A DNA stretch of 63,722 bases, filler included, from Reclinomonas americana ATCC 50394 (GCA_048213135.1; 16 parts of 16 records of this genome joined end to end with filler, not necessarily neighbours in it), one strand, 5' to 3'; positions 13,335 to 26,777 are shown, numbered from the whole stretch's first letter. The notes: generated by a model from the letters alone, not told the origin. Program-made: numbers and translations.

Positions 13335-13922
13335 AGAGACACAAGAGGAGAGAAGAGAGGAAGCGGGAGCAAGAGTGAGTGACGAGGAGAGGAAGAAGAG
13401 ACTGAGAGAGAGAGAGAGGAGGAAGGGAGAGAGCAACAAGAGGAGAGACGAGGGAAGATAGAGAGTGAGTGGAGAAGAGAGGGGAGGGAGGGTGATAGGG
13501 GAGAAGCACAGCGAGTGAGAGAGACAGAGGCGAATGAGCGATGAGAGAGTGAGAGAAGAGAGAAGATAAAGAGTGAGTGGAGAAGAGAGGGGAGGGAGGT
13601 GATAGGGGAGAAGCACACAAGCGCGAGAGACAGAGAGGTGAGACAGTGACTGAGCGATGAGTGAGAGTGAGAGAGAGCAGACAACTGTCACATTTCCTCT
13701 CTCTTCCTCTCGCCCTCGAACACCTTCTCTCTCACACACATGCACACATAAACACCCACTTCTCTCTCGCTCTCTTCCTCTCTCACTCTCCCTCTTCCCT
13801 TCCCCTCTCTCCCACGCAACTGCTTCAATCAGATCATTCACACTATCTCTCTGCAGCACCACTTCAACAGTCACTGTTGCTCCAGTCGACAAGTGCACAG
13901 TGAGCGCGCACGCAGCACTCAT
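10680..13922 (-). CDS. Dsc3-like (DUF2407) ubiquitin-like/transmembrane subunit of the DSC E3 ligase complex
   Basis: N-terminal UBL (LRVILNGRIL..LHCAVSD), then PRGLDRLLDYG..RIRFH, LEIEEQW, and two C-terminal hydrophobic segments (DLFFGIVLGFLLNFFMLLW; MKMGILTGIACNISFAFL). Confidence 0.8.
11115..11790. repeat. Intronic minisatellite, ~130-bp unit, 5-6 copies (one truncated)
   Basis: gacgaacagagcaagtaaaggaaggatgtcgac..aacaggaggagactgtattcgcagtt repeated in tandem inside a Dsc3 intron. Confidence 0.9.
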
Positions 13923-14735
13923 TCTTTCAACAGGACAGTTTTCAGCAATGACTCACCTGGTTTTGGCGCGCTCAAGCTCGAAGAGAAGTGAACGGCAGCT
14001 GTGGAGAAAGTGCGCTGTAAGGTCACGTATGCTTGTGGCATGCAGCGGGGAAGCCATTGTTTCCGTGCACCAGAATTCGAACCGATTTATCGATATCGAT
14101 CGCAATATCGGCACTGCACGTTGAAAGCTCCAACAGACACTCAAAGCAAAAGCCTACGACTCCCAGGTACTGCTGTGCTTGGTGGGCAAGCCAGATGCTG
14201 CGCGCTGGAGACTGAACTCAAATACGAACTGCGCTTGCAATATTGTCGTCCTCGCAGCCGCTGCTCTGTAGCTCCGTTTTCTTTCGCACTTCGTCAGCAA
14301 GTCCTACTTTCCAGCCACCACGTGAAATTAGAACTCACCACTTGACTTGGCCTTTCTATGTGCTTGGGAATTCGAACTGCAATCTCGATATTATCGTCCA
14401 TGCAGACGCTGCTTGGCAATTGCGTTTTCTTTCACAGTTTGTCAGTACACCCTCCTAATTAGCTGCTACATGATGCGAAAACTCACCACTCGACTTTGCC
14501 TTTCTTCGTGCCCGAAACCTGATATCGATACTGATCACCGAATCGATTTGCAATTGTTGAACCTTGCAGGCGCCTCCTTGTAATTGCGGTTTTTTTATGT
14601 CGCCCTCGCTAATACTTCACACTCAACTACTCAGCGGGAAGCGCAACCTTCCTCACCATGGACATTTCTTGGCGATGACTCACGACGATCTGTCCATGTA
14701 CGTTGATTGTTGCGTGATTTTGAAGGTGAAGTCAC

Positions 14736-14888
14736 ATGGCAGCTGCGGCCTCGAATGTGCTGCGAGTGCCTGCGCGGTTGTATCAACAACGAGAGCGCGT
14801 GGTGGTTCCTGATCCGTTGAAGAAGAAGGGTGAGGCAAACAGAGAGAGGGAGGGAGGGAGAGGGAAGGGGGAAGGAGGGGTGAGGGTG

Positions 14889-14957
<69 letters not shown>

Positions 14958-17900
14958 NNNNNNNNNNNNNNNNNNNNNNNNNNNNNNNNNNNNNNNNNNN
15001 NTTAATTAATTAANNNNNNNNNNNNNNNNNNNNNNNNNNNNNNNNNNNNNNNNNNNNCTGTGCGCCTGCTCAACATCTCCGCCAAGGGCACTCGCGTTCA
15101 CATTGTGGCCCCGGAGACACCGTATTTCGTGCTCGAGTATGACAAGAAGGGAGTGGTGCGCAAGCAGGGGAGGGGGAAAGGGGCGAAAGAGTGGGTTGTG
15201 TGCCGTGTCTCTTTGTATCTGTTATGGGTGAGCGTGTCAAGAAGTGAGAGTCTTCGAGAACGAGAGTGTGTGCCTGCAAGAAACATCTCCTGAGTCCACG
15301 ATTGCTGTCTCCTTGTGTATCTGTTCATCGTGTGCTGCGTAACGAAGTGGTGCGCAAGCAGGGAAGGGGAAAGGGTGACGCTCAGAATGCAGATGTTAAC
15401 CTGTACTTCCCCCTTTTCCCAGATCCAACCCGGCATGTCCGAGGAAATCTCTGTCGTTTTCCTGCCCGCCGAGCACCGCTACTACTACGACTGCATTCGT
15501 GTGCACACCGAGGGCGATGACGACACGAACATGGTGATTCCGCTGCACGCGTACCCTGTGGTGAACCAGGGCGAGGTCTTCCCCAAGCGTGTGGATCTCG
15601 GCAAGTGTGCGCTGGGTGAAACGTTGCGTGTCGAGGGAGGGACTGTCTGCGAGAGAGAGAAGGGTCAAGTGCGAGTGCTTCCGCTCCGTTTGTCTGAATG
15701 ACGACTGCTTGCATTTGAGGTGTTGCTCCCGTGACTTGCACTCATTCATCCTTCTCCTCACCCACCCTTTCCCTCTATCACCCTTTCCCTCTATCACCCT
15801 TCCCCTCACTCACCCTTTCCCCTCGCTCCCGCAGTGTCACCCGCGTCATCCCGATCCACTGCGAAGTCCCCGTGGAATTCGAGTTCGAAATCGCCGTCCT
15901 GCAGTCCTCCATCGACATGGACATTACGCCACTGCGCGGCACGGTGCCGCCCAACGGCACGGCCGAGATCACTGTGCAGTTCACGCCCTCGCGTCTCGCC
16001 ACGTGCATGAGCAAAATCGAGCTAAGTTTGAGCCAGTTCGAGTCCGAGCCGATTGTGTGCACCATTGTGGGGACGGCGGCGGCGCAGGAGGTGGGTGTGA
16101 TGGGGGAGAAGGGAGGGAGATGGGCTGAGAGAGAGATTGAGGGAAAGGGAAAGGCAACGGAAGTAGAAGTGAGAGTGGGAAGAGGAACAAGAGGGGAAAC
16201 GGAGAGAAGGAGAGCGAGAAAGATCAACAGCTGAAAGAGAGAGAAGGATGGGGAGAAACGGCGGAACAGATAGTACACACGAACTGCGTCGCTCTTTGTG
16301 CATCTCTCGACCTGTTGCTCGTTCTCTCTCTTTCTTGCTGTTGTTCTTTCTCGCTCTTATTGCCACTCTTCCCTTGTTTCTCGCAGTCTGTCTTTTTCTC
16401 ATGTTTCTGCTTCGTTCTCCCCCCCCCTAACTCTCTCTCTCACTCTCTCGCAGTTGTGTTTTCGATTTGTCTCTCTTGCCTTCCACTTTCTCTCTCTTTC
16501 TTGGGGTTGATTGTTTGTTATCATTCCTGCTCTTTTTCTTACTCTTTCTAGCAGTCTCTCCTTCTCTCTCTTGTTGCTGTTATTCATAATCCATTCTCGC
16601 TCTCATTGTCACTCTTTCTTGTTCTTTGTTTCCGCCTCCCGCTTCCTTGCTTTTGCTTCAACTGTTTTACTTCTCATTGACTCTCTCTCTCTCTCTCTCT
16701 CGCACACACACTTGCCATCTCACAATCTCTCTCGCTTCATTTGTTATACTTGTCGCTTTTCTCTCTCTCATACACACTTCTCCTTCTCTCACACACTTTT
16801 CCTTCTCTTTCTCTGTTTCACTTATCTTTCTCGCTGTATGATTGTTATCATTCCCGCTCTTGTTCTTACTCCTTCTCCCCATCTTTGCTATCACTCTCAT
16901 TTAACTCTCACCCCCCCCCTCCTCTCTCTCTTCTCTCGCTTCAGTTCTGTCGTCATCGGTATTCAGTCTCAAGTTTCTTTACTCTCCTACTCATTTCCTG
17001 CTGTCATCTGCTTGAGGCAGTCGTCCTCGTTTCCCCACTCTTCTATCACCGTTGTTGTTTCCTCTTTGCTTCCGTCCACGTTTTTTTCTCTCATTATTTA
17101 TCGCTCCTCTTTGCCCTCTCTCTCCTCCTCCTGTTTGCATTCCTTAATTTACTTCCCTTCCCTTTCACTTTCTTCTTCACCGTTCCCTTCAACATTCCCT
17201 TCTCCTTTCCCTCACCCTTTCCCTTCCCCATCACGAAGGTCCGCCGCCGTGAACTCAACAAAGCCACCCAACGCCTGGCCCGCGAGCTCGCCGGCAACCC
17301 CGCCCGCGATCCCACCGTCCGCGAAGACGGCGCCGACGCCAAGGCCGTCACCGTGGTGCGCAGCGGCGGCGGTGCCGGCGGCGGCGACCTGGTGACACAG
17401 ATGAAGCACGAGGAGCTGAAGCGCACTCGCGGCACACGGAAGGACAGGGTGTGTTGTCTCCTCTCCTGTGTAGCACTCTGGGTGTCACCTGACTCCGTCT
17501 CCTCTTGCGCAGGAATTCAAACTCCCCCCTCCACCACCTGCCGAGCGCGAGGTCGACGGCCTCATTGTNNNNNNNNNNNNNNNNNNNNNNNNNNNNNNNN
17601 NNNNNNNNNNNNTTAATTAATTAANNNNNNNNNNNNNNNNNNNNNNNNNNNNNNNNNNNNNNNNNNNNCAGAAGTGGTGAGGAAGGGGAAAGGGGGTAAA
17701 GGAGAAGGGGAAGAGAGAAGGGGAAGGGAGAAGAGGAGAAAGGGGGGAAGGGGAAGGGAAGAGAGGAGAAACGTGGAAGAGAACACGAGAGAGAGAGAGA
17801 GAGAGTAGAAGGGAAGAGGATGTGTGACATGGTATGAGGACGAGGGACAAGCTTGGAGAGAGAAAGAGGGTGCATGAAACCGAGAGTCGTAAGAGCGTTC

Positions 17901-20900
17901 CATGCCCCGTTAGAATGCTCACCAGAGACATACAAGAGGAGGAGCGACGTGTGTCGATGTGTACGCAGTCACCAGCGAAAAACGAAGACTGTGTGTTGAA
18001 GGGAGAAAGTGATGAAGAAATGGAGGGAGATTGTCAATTAGGTGAGGACAGGGAGTACGCAGCATGATGACTGGGAAGCGAGTGAAGAAGAGAGGCGAAG
18101 GAAGAGATCAATGACTCGCGCTGCTGTCGTTTCTATCTCGGAAAAATGACTGGCGGTCTCTGTCATCGGTCATGTCCATCTCCACTGCATCGAAGAGAGT
18201 GAGTGATAGAAAGAGCGTACCGTACTCTGGTGATGTTACGCCATTGCCACTTCGAGATGAGAGAGAGAGAGAGTGATTGCCTCGTAACACACTGCTGTCA
18301 TTTTCACCAAAAAATGAGTGACGACGTCACCGCACATTCTTCGATGAGAGACTGAATGAGAGAGAGAGAGAGAGCAGAATGATCGAGATTTAAAGAAATG
18401 AGAAGGCGTAGAACGCACTGCGGAGTGCCTCTGTCCATTGCTGACGGTCTTCACTCTCCTTCCTGCCAATCCCTTCTCCATATCTCACCCCTTTCCCGCC
18501 TCCCGCAGGTTCACATGCGTCGGCGACAACGTCATGACGCAGGAAAACATCGATGCCGTGCTGCGCGCGCGTCGCGAAGCTGAAGAGCGCGCGGATGCCG
18601 ATCGCCGCCAGCAGCGACGAGAGCGGAGGGAGACAGTGGAGCGGCAGGATCGTGTGGTGGTGTATGCCGATGGAGAGCATCAAGAAGGTGCGGAGGCGAA
18701 GGGAAAGGGCGGGAAGGGGGACGAGAGGGACAGAGAGAATATGGCGAGGGACAAGTTCAGCGTTGTGCGAAGAGTTGCACTTGTAGGTAGAGAATGCGCG
18801 AGAGGATAATGGGAAAGAGATGTGAGGGTTGAAAGAGAATGTGATAGGTAAGAAGGCAAATTCCGAGCAACAAGGCGAGACGACGAATAGAGTGAGGGGA
18901 GATAACAGAAGAGAGTATGGATGAAGAATACAAGTGAGAGAAAAAAAGAAGGGAGTCATGCAGAGGAAGAGAACAGTGCACGAGAGAGAGAGAGAGGAGA
19001 AGCGATAAAGAAGACTTGGGTGAAGGAAAAGATGAGAAGATGAGAAGAATGGTGGAGAAGTCACATAGATGACGAGCAGAGCAGAAGAGAAGAGACAGAT
19101 GGATGAACTCTAAGAAGAAGGGGCAGAAGACAAGGCACTTAATGAATCGAGCGAAGAGACAGAAGAGAAAAGACGGCGGAAAGGTCTTGGGTATAGAGAA
19201 AGAGTGACAAGATGAGAAAGAAAATCTCAAAGAAGAGACGGAAAAGTCAAGCAAACGAAGACTTGCGAGAGAGGAGGAAGAATGGATAGAGAAAAAGAAA
19301 TGAGAAAGGAACTGGGGCATTCCAGGAGATGAAAGATGCACGCGATGGTCCGCTCTGACCACTTTCCCTTTCGTCTCTCCCCTTCAATCCCCTCTCCCTT
19401 CCCCTCTAACCCTTCCCCAATCGCAGAATCACTCCCCACGCCAAACTTCGTACCCAAAGGCGGCGACACGCTGTTTGCGCAAATGGAGTTGTTTGAGAAA
19501 TTCGCCTCGGCCGTGCGACGACGCATGGTGCAGCAGCGTGTGATGCGACGCATGCGTGCGATTGGACGGGCCATGACAGCGCAGACCAAGAGTTGCGCCT
19601 TGTGAGGGTTGTGGAGAAAGATGCGTTGGAGGCTCACTGTGATTTCTTCGTGACAGGCGGCGGTGATCTGGCGGGCAAGCTGGCGTTGGTGCGTTTATTG
19701 CCCCGCTTCTCTCCTTCTCCTTTCGCTTACCTTGCCCGCTTTTGCAGGAATCGCCACTCGCCAACTTTTTCGAGCAACCGAGTCCAGGTTCGCCCTCTCC
19801 ACTCCTGCCCTCACTTCCTCTCGTTCCTTGACTCATGTCCTCCTTGTAGATGACGATGCCATCCGCAAGAGAATACCGCGCACCGAGGGACACCGTCTGA
19901 TTGGCGCGTACATTCCAGTGTACATGCCGGAGAACTTCCAGACGAGCAGCCGCCTGGCCGACCCGCCGTTCCCCGAGTTTCACGATTTTGATTTCACGGC
20001 GCTGCAGGTGCGAGCGAGTGTGATCGAGAGTGGCTTCATCTCAACCGTCGTTGGCGTCTTCGCTCCTCAACCCTCGTTCTTCAACCCTCGCTCGTCAACC
20101 CTCAACCCTCGTTCCCCAACCCTGCTTTCTCAACCCTTAACCCTCAACCCTCGTTCTTCAACCCTCACTCCTGTACCCTCAACCCCAGCTCCTTAACCCT
20201 CGACCCTCGTTCTTCGACCCTCAACCCTCGTTCTTCAACCCTAAACCCTCGTTCTTCAACCCTCAACCCTCTTTCTTCAACCCTCGACTCTCAACCCTCG
20301 TTCTTCAACCCTCATGTCTCGCTCCTCAACCCTCGTTCCTCAACCCTCGTTCTTCAACCCTCGTTCCTCAACCCTCGTTCTTCAACCCTCAACCCTCGCT
20401 CCTCAACCCTCGCTCCTCAACCCTCGTTCCCCAACCCTCAACCCTCGTCCTTCAACCCTCAACCCTCGTTCTTCAACCCTCGTTCTTCAACCCTCGTTCT
20501 TCAACCCTCGTTCCTCCCAACCCTTGTTCCTCAACTCTCGTTCCCTAGCCCTCAACCCTCCTTCCCAACCCTCAACCCTCGCTCCTCAACCCTCAACCCT
20601 CGTTCCTCAACCGTCGATCCTCGCTCCTCAACCCTCAACCCTCGTTCTTCAACCCTCGATCCTCAACCCTCGTTCTTCGACCCTTTTTCTTCCACGCATT
20701 CGTTCTCCTCACGTTGCCTTCCATTCTCCCACTTCCCGTTCTCATTGTCTCTTCTCTTCTTCATTCTCCTTCCGCCTTCTCCCCCTTTTCTCACCCTCTC
20801 CCCCCTCGCAGGTCCCCCTGGAATACAAACTGATGGACTACCAACCGGAAGCACTCATCACGTACCCCACCTTTGTGCCCGACGAGTCGCACCGCCAGCT

Positions 20901-23900
20901 GCTGATCGGCGCCGAGACCGAGCTCATCACCATGGGACCGGCCGGCTTGCAAAAGGAGGAGGCGGCTGTTGATTTGCGGCTGAATGATGCTGCGCGGTCG
21001 CACCAGGCGTGCGTGCTGCGCCGTGCCATGCTGCCGTATCCGTCGATGACGCCACAGGTGTGTGTGGGGCAAAGGGTGACGGAGAAGTACAGCGTTACCC
21101 CGTAAGGCACTCCACTTCTCTCCTCTCTCCACGTGTGCCCTTTCCCGTGATGGTTTCTTTTGGGACGCGATGCTATGCAGTCCTAGTCTGTGAGCAAGTC
21201 TGTGCACCTTCTCTCTTTCTGCCTATTTTCGCGTCACATTGAAGCGCACTTTGCGCTCTGACTCTGTCTGTTGCTCGCTGTATGTATGTCAGCCGAAGCA
21301 AGTGAGAAACAAAACTGCTGCGAAAGAACCTAAGTGTTTCTCTTTCTTCTCTTTCTTCTCTCTCTCGTGTACGTGTTCGGCGCGATAGCGTTGACACGAC
21401 TTGCGGTGCGTGCATTTAGCGAGTTTGTGTCTCGATTCTTTCTCATTTTCTGTCTTGACCTTGTGTGATGTGAGAATGCGACTTTGCTGAAAAAGGAGTG
21501 AGCAAATAAGTGCGCGCTTTTCCATCTCTCTCTCCCTCTGAGTGCGATGGAGATAGAGAGAGAGTGAGAGAGTTGCCTGTGCTCTCGTTCTCATTCTTCC
21601 ATTTCGCCCTCTATCTCTCTCTCTCTCTTGTGTGATGTGAGAATGCGACCTAGCTGAAGAAAGAGTGAGCAAATAATGCGCGCTTTCCATCTCTCCCTTT
21701 CTGAGTGTGTACGTGATAAAGAGAAAGAGAGAGAGAGAGAGCTGCCTGCGTTTGTGGAAATACATTCACTTCTCTCGATCTCTCTCGCCTTCTCATCTTC
21801 TTCTCTCTGACCCTTGTATTGCACAGTCATCCCTCCTCCCCTGGACCGAGGCCGACGCCTCCTACGGTGCCATTCGCGCCACTCTGCTGCGCCCCTGGAA
21901 ATCAATCGTCGCCAGCGGTAACAAGCGCAGTGCCGGACAGGCCTCTGCGGATCCTACTGTTGCGTCATCTCTCCCTCGTTCTCTCTCTCTCTCTGCTGTA
22001 CGGCCAAGGCGGATGTACGGTACAGCAGACTTCCAGACGAGCAGCCGCCTGGCCCGACCCGTCCCGTTCCCCGAGTTTCACGTATTTTGATNNNNNNNNN
22101 NNNNNNNNNNNNNNNNNNNNNNNNNNNNNNNNNNNTTAATTAATTAANNNNNNNNNNNNNNNNNNNNNNNNNNNNNNNNNNNNNNNNNNNNTCCTCCCTT
22201 CTCTCCCCTCCTTTCCCTCCTTTCCCCTCCTTTTCCCTCACTTCCCCTCCTCTCCCTCCCGTTCCCTCCCTATTCCCCTCCTTTTCCCCCCTTTTCCCTC
22301 ACTTCCCCTTTGACCTCCACAGAGCTGGCTCGACTCGCTTCCACCCCCCGCCCAGCACTCGTTCCGCCGCATCCAGCCCGACAACATACTCTGCGGCACC
22401 ACCGCGCTCTTTAGCATGAGCAAGGCCAAGACGCTGACCGATGTGTTCGCCGACGCGCACGTGGACACGCTAAAGACGGGCGCCAATGCCGACGATGCCC
22501 TGAAGGCCTCGTCGTCGCGCTTCGCCATGACGCCGCCGGCTCGATTGTGCGCCGAGGCCGTGCACGAGCGGCGCGCTCTGGCCATTGAGCGTCGCGAGAA
22601 GGAGCAGCAGCGCAAGGAGGAGAAGAGGAAGTTGAACCCGGCCACAGGTGAGCCTGTCCAAGAGAAGAAAAAAAGGCAAGGCTGAAAAGTCACTCACTTT
22701 CCCTCCCGCCTCTCAGCCACCATGTCGGCCACTGCGGTCGGCAGCGCCACCAAGCACAACGCGTCGGCGCTGTTGAGTGCGAGCCTGCTGCCGGCGGGAG
22801 CTGCGGCTGCGGGCGCCAGCAATCTGCTGCAGTATCGCGGGATTGCGGCGGCGTTGGACACGCAGCGGTCGGGTGGGGTGGGTTTCTCCACTCCGTTTTT
22901 GCCGTTTAGTGCGCTGCATCCGTCGGCGGCCACAGCGGAAGGTCGGTTAGGGAAAGGCGAAGAGAAGGGAAAGGGAGAGGGAAAGGGAGAGGGCAAGGGT
23001 GAAGGGGGAGGAGAAGGGGAAGGAGGAAAGAAAAGGGTGGAAGATGAGGGCTTGCGTGTGTTTACGTCTTGTAGTGTCGAGGGGGCCAGATACATGCATA
23101 GATCCTGTAGGATTTGTTGCGTTTCATGTGTTTGTGTTCCTCCTTTTATTCTTGCGAGCGGGTGTGCGCAAGTGTGTGTGGTTTGTGAAGGAGAAGAGGT
23201 TGAGATTGCATGACAGTCTGTATTTGGTAAGCTCAAGATTAGGAAGAGTATCAAACAAAACAGACATGACTGTTGAGGGTGCAGGAGAAGGGAGGGGCGA
23301 AAACGGTGCACAGATATCTGCATGGGTGCAAGGATTTCAGTGCACATACAGAGCAGAGCGCTTGATCAGCAGGCGAGTTCTCGTAGGGGACTGAAGTCAT
23401 CCTTCCTTTTGAACGTGGTTGAGATTTCAGTGTGCTGTTTTCTTGCACTCTTTCTCATCTGTCATTTGGTTGGATCTGGCTGCAAGCAAGATCACTCTCG
23501 TGCATTCTCATCTCACATCTGTCTAGTGATGAGGTGCAAGTGCAGCCTGTAATCAGGCATGCTCTTTTTCATCGGAGAGAGGAAACAGCAGATTGCAAGT
23601 AACATTGATCCTGCATGTTCATCTGTCATTTGGTTAGATGAAGGATCTGACTGCAAGCAAGATCTCTTGTGCATTCTCATCTCACATCTGCCATGTGGTG
23701 CCTGTAATCTGGCTTGCTCTCTTAAGATTGCTCTTGTTTGTGCTCGCATCAGTGAGGAGCTGAAATAGCAGATTCTTGTCAATCAAGTTTGCTCTTGCGT
23801 TCTCCTCTCTTCTCTGTGTGATTTGCCAAGCTGATCTCTTCTCATCTCTCCTCTCTTTTCTCTTTACTCACACATGCCTATGCCCTCCCTTCCCCCTCTC

Positions 23901-24206
23901 CGCACAGACCGCGGCTTCCCCGTCATCATGTCCTCCCCCGACGACTCCCACCTGCTGTCGGACTCGGACGAGGAGGCTCGCGACGAGGCCGCACAGCGCG
24001 GAGTGCGCCTGGAGGACGCGCTGCCGAGACCGACAGACGCGTTTTTGGCTGCCAACTTTTTCATTCCGCCGGCCGGTGTGCCGCGACCGACGGCTTACGA
24101 GCGGGGCGTCAGTGCGTTGGAGTCGGCGTTGCAGTCGCGACGCGCCAAGCGCATGCAGGCGTTGGTGTCGGCAGTGGATACTCTCTCCCATCAGTTGAAG
24201 GACCCG
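14736..24206 (+). CDS. CFAP221: Cilia- and flagella-associated protein 221 (PCDP1); multi-exon, spans three gaps, 3' end missing
   Basis: PYFVLEYDKKG-IQPGMSEEISVVFLPAEHRYYYDCIRVHTEGDDDTNMVIPLHAYPVVN..FPKRVDLGKCALGET and IPIHCEVPVEFEF match the PCDP1 N-terminal region. Later exons (FEKFASAVRRRMVQQRVMRR, VPLEYKLMDYQP, acidic C-terminal part) follow in order. First-exon assignment is tentative. Confidence 0.85.
20064..20685. repeat. Intronic 7/14-bp tandem array (CAACCCT / CAACCCTCGTTCTT), telomere-like
   Basis: Dozens of aaccct-containing units read directly from the sequence. Confidence 0.9.
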
Positions 24207-24524
24207 GTGCGTAGGGGGAAAGGGGGGAGGGGGGAGGGGGAAGGGGGGAGGGGGAAGGGGGGTAGGAGAGAGAGAGAAGGGAAAGACGAGCTGCTTTTGT
24301 TTGTGTTCTTGTGTTTTATCTGCGCATGCGCGTGGATTGTGTTTCTGTTGGTTTGCAGCAGCTGCGTTGAATGAGTGTTTGAATCTCGCTCTGAGGTTGC
24401 AGGCGATAGAATACTGGTGGAAAGAGAGAGATTTTGCCTGTTCTCAGTTGTGCGAATGTGTTCTGTGAGCGAGAGAGGAGAAAGAGATAAATGAGGAAAG
24501 GGAGATGTTTCCTGCGTGTCCGTG

Positions 24525-24930
24525 TATCTCAGAGAGTGGAGTGTGGAAAGAAGAAGTCTGCTCGTTATCACCTTTCCGTTTCAGTGGGCGTGGTCGTGCG
24601 ATTGTGAGGCAGTGAGAGCGAGAGAGAGAGAGGAGGGAGGGAGAGAGAAAAGAAGGAAGAGCGAGAAATTGTCGTTTGTGTGTCCACTGAAAGTGGGGCG
24701 TGGAAAGAAGAAGTCTGCTCATTATCTTCCTTCTGTCTCAGTTTGCATGTTCGTACGAGTGAGAGGCAGTGAGAGCGAGAGAGAGAAGAGAGGGAGAAGG
24801 AAGAGCGAGAAATTGTCGTTTGTGTGTCCACTGAAAGTGGGGCGTGGAAAGAAGAAGTCTGCTCATTATCTTCCTTCTGTCTCAGTTTGCATGTTCGTAC
24901 GAGTGAGAGGCAGTGAGAGCGAGAGCGAGA
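24525..24930. repeat. Near-perfect ~130-bp tandem duplication plus a degenerate third copy
   Basis: gagcgagaaattgtcgtttgtgtgtccactgaaagtggggcgtggaaagaagaagtctgctcattatc.. occurs twice. Confidence 0.85.
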
Positions 24931-25579
24931 GCGAGAGAGAGAGAATGATTAGGATGACTCGGTTCACCTGTGGAGGTGTGATTTGCTTCCTTTGTGTCAT
25001 TCATTTCGCAATCGTAAGAAGGGGAAGAGAGCACATGGTGATGTTTCTTTGTCCTTTCTACCTCGCTCAACACAGTTCGCAGTGAGAAGTGAGGTGAGCT
25101 CGAGATATTTTTGTGTACATTCTATTCTGCGTTTTTTGTTGCAAGAACGTGCAGTTGTGAGATGGGAAGGGATGCTGCTTTGTCTGCTTCGGAACAAGTG
25201 CATATGCGAGCAATCTGTGCACGGCTGTGCGCGTTTTAATTCAACAAGAGATGGGGATATGGAGAGAGAAGTCTGAATGTGATCTTTCTATTGTGCTTTT
25301 TAGTGACTTGGAAAGCACATCTCTTTCCTCCCCCCTTCCTCTCCCTCTCCCCCTANNNNNNNNNNNNNNNNNNNNNNNNNNNNNNNNNNNNNNNNNNNNT
25401 TAATTAATTAANNNNNNNNNNNNNNNNNNNNNNNNNNNNNNNNNNNNNNNNNNNNCCTCCTCTCTCCTCCTCCCTCCCCTCCTCCCTCTCCCTCTCCCTC
25501 TCCCTCTCCCTCTCCCTCCCCTCCCCCCCTGTTCCTCTCCCTCCCCTCTCCCTCCCTTCCCTTATATCACACTCCTCAC

Positions 25580-26742
25580 CTTCTGCACCATCTTCTTCGG
25601 ATCAATGTAAATCAATCGCGGCTTGTCGGTGAGAATCATTTGCCGCTTCTTGGCCGTCAGCTTCCGCCTCTTGACGACGAGGCCCTGATGCAGCACCTCC
25701 TCGCCCGGCAGCAGGAATTCGCTCCATATTGACGGACTGGCGGCCTCGGGCACGTGTTGCTCGGGGTTCATGCGCTCGCCCGGCAGCACCAGCGCTGGCA
25801 TGTCCTCCAGGTACAGGCTCTCAAAGTGGATGCCCTCGAAGAAGGGGTGGGAGCGGATCTCGTCGTAGCCGCCGGGGCCCATGCCGAGGCGTTGGAGGGG
25901 GTCGATGCGCTGCAAGGGGGGAGATGAGGGGAAGGGGGATGGGGGGGGTAAGGGAGGGGCGTATGTACCAGGAGGCTGGTGATAATGTCGCGGGCCACGG
26001 GCGATACTTCGACGGTGGAGGGGTATTGGTAGTCGAGGGTGAGGATCTGGTGGGGAGGGGAAGTAAGGGAAGGGAAGGGGAAGGGGAAGGGGAAGGGGTA
26101 GAAAGGGGAAGGGGAAGGGGGAAAGTGCGAGGGGACAGCAAGCATAGAGAGAGAGAGAGAGAGAGAGAGAGAAGGAGGAGAGGACTGAAGTGACTCTTGT
26201 CCGACAGCGCTCATAAAGAGGGAAAGAGAGAGACGATGCGGAAAGAAAAAAAAACTCATTTGCATCCAGAATGACAGTGCTGGCTGCGACAACGAAGCCG
26301 CGTGCGCGAGTATGTCCGAGAGAAAGCGAGAAGAAGTTTGAAACTTATCACCAAGCCTGTTCTATGTGTAACTGCTGTTGTGGACGCGTGCAGTTCAAAT
26401 TGGGAGAGAGCGCACCGTTGCGGTTGGCTGATTGCCAGGAGGACTGCCTCTCCGATCTCTCTCCTATCTCCTTGTGCATGTACGACTTCTCTCGCGTTGC
26501 TCACTTTTCTGCCACTCTTTATTCTGTGTTATCTCTCTTCGGTTCTCTCCCTCATGCATGCAAACACTCAGTCCCTCTAGAATACACAAACCGCCCACAA
26601 ACAAGTGTATCCGCTCTGCGCGTTCAGTTTGTCCTCTCGCTCTTCTCTCCTTGCTCATGCGCACATGCGGCAAACAAACATACTCGATTCCTCTCTCACA
26701 TGCGTGCATTTCACTCAGGCACCGTCTGTCTCCGTCATTTGA

Positions 26743-26777
<35 letters not shown>

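Noticed and set aside
13960..14730. Compositionally distinct spacer with short ATCGAT palindromes as an ncRNA or element
   Set aside because: No recognisable RNA motif, terminal repeat or coding signal; most simply the divergent promoter region of Dsc3/CFAP221.
20314..20810. PQPST/LNPRSST repeat protein segment
   Set aside because: Translation of the intronic 7/14-bp array; CFAP221 exons join across it (ALQ|VPLEY).
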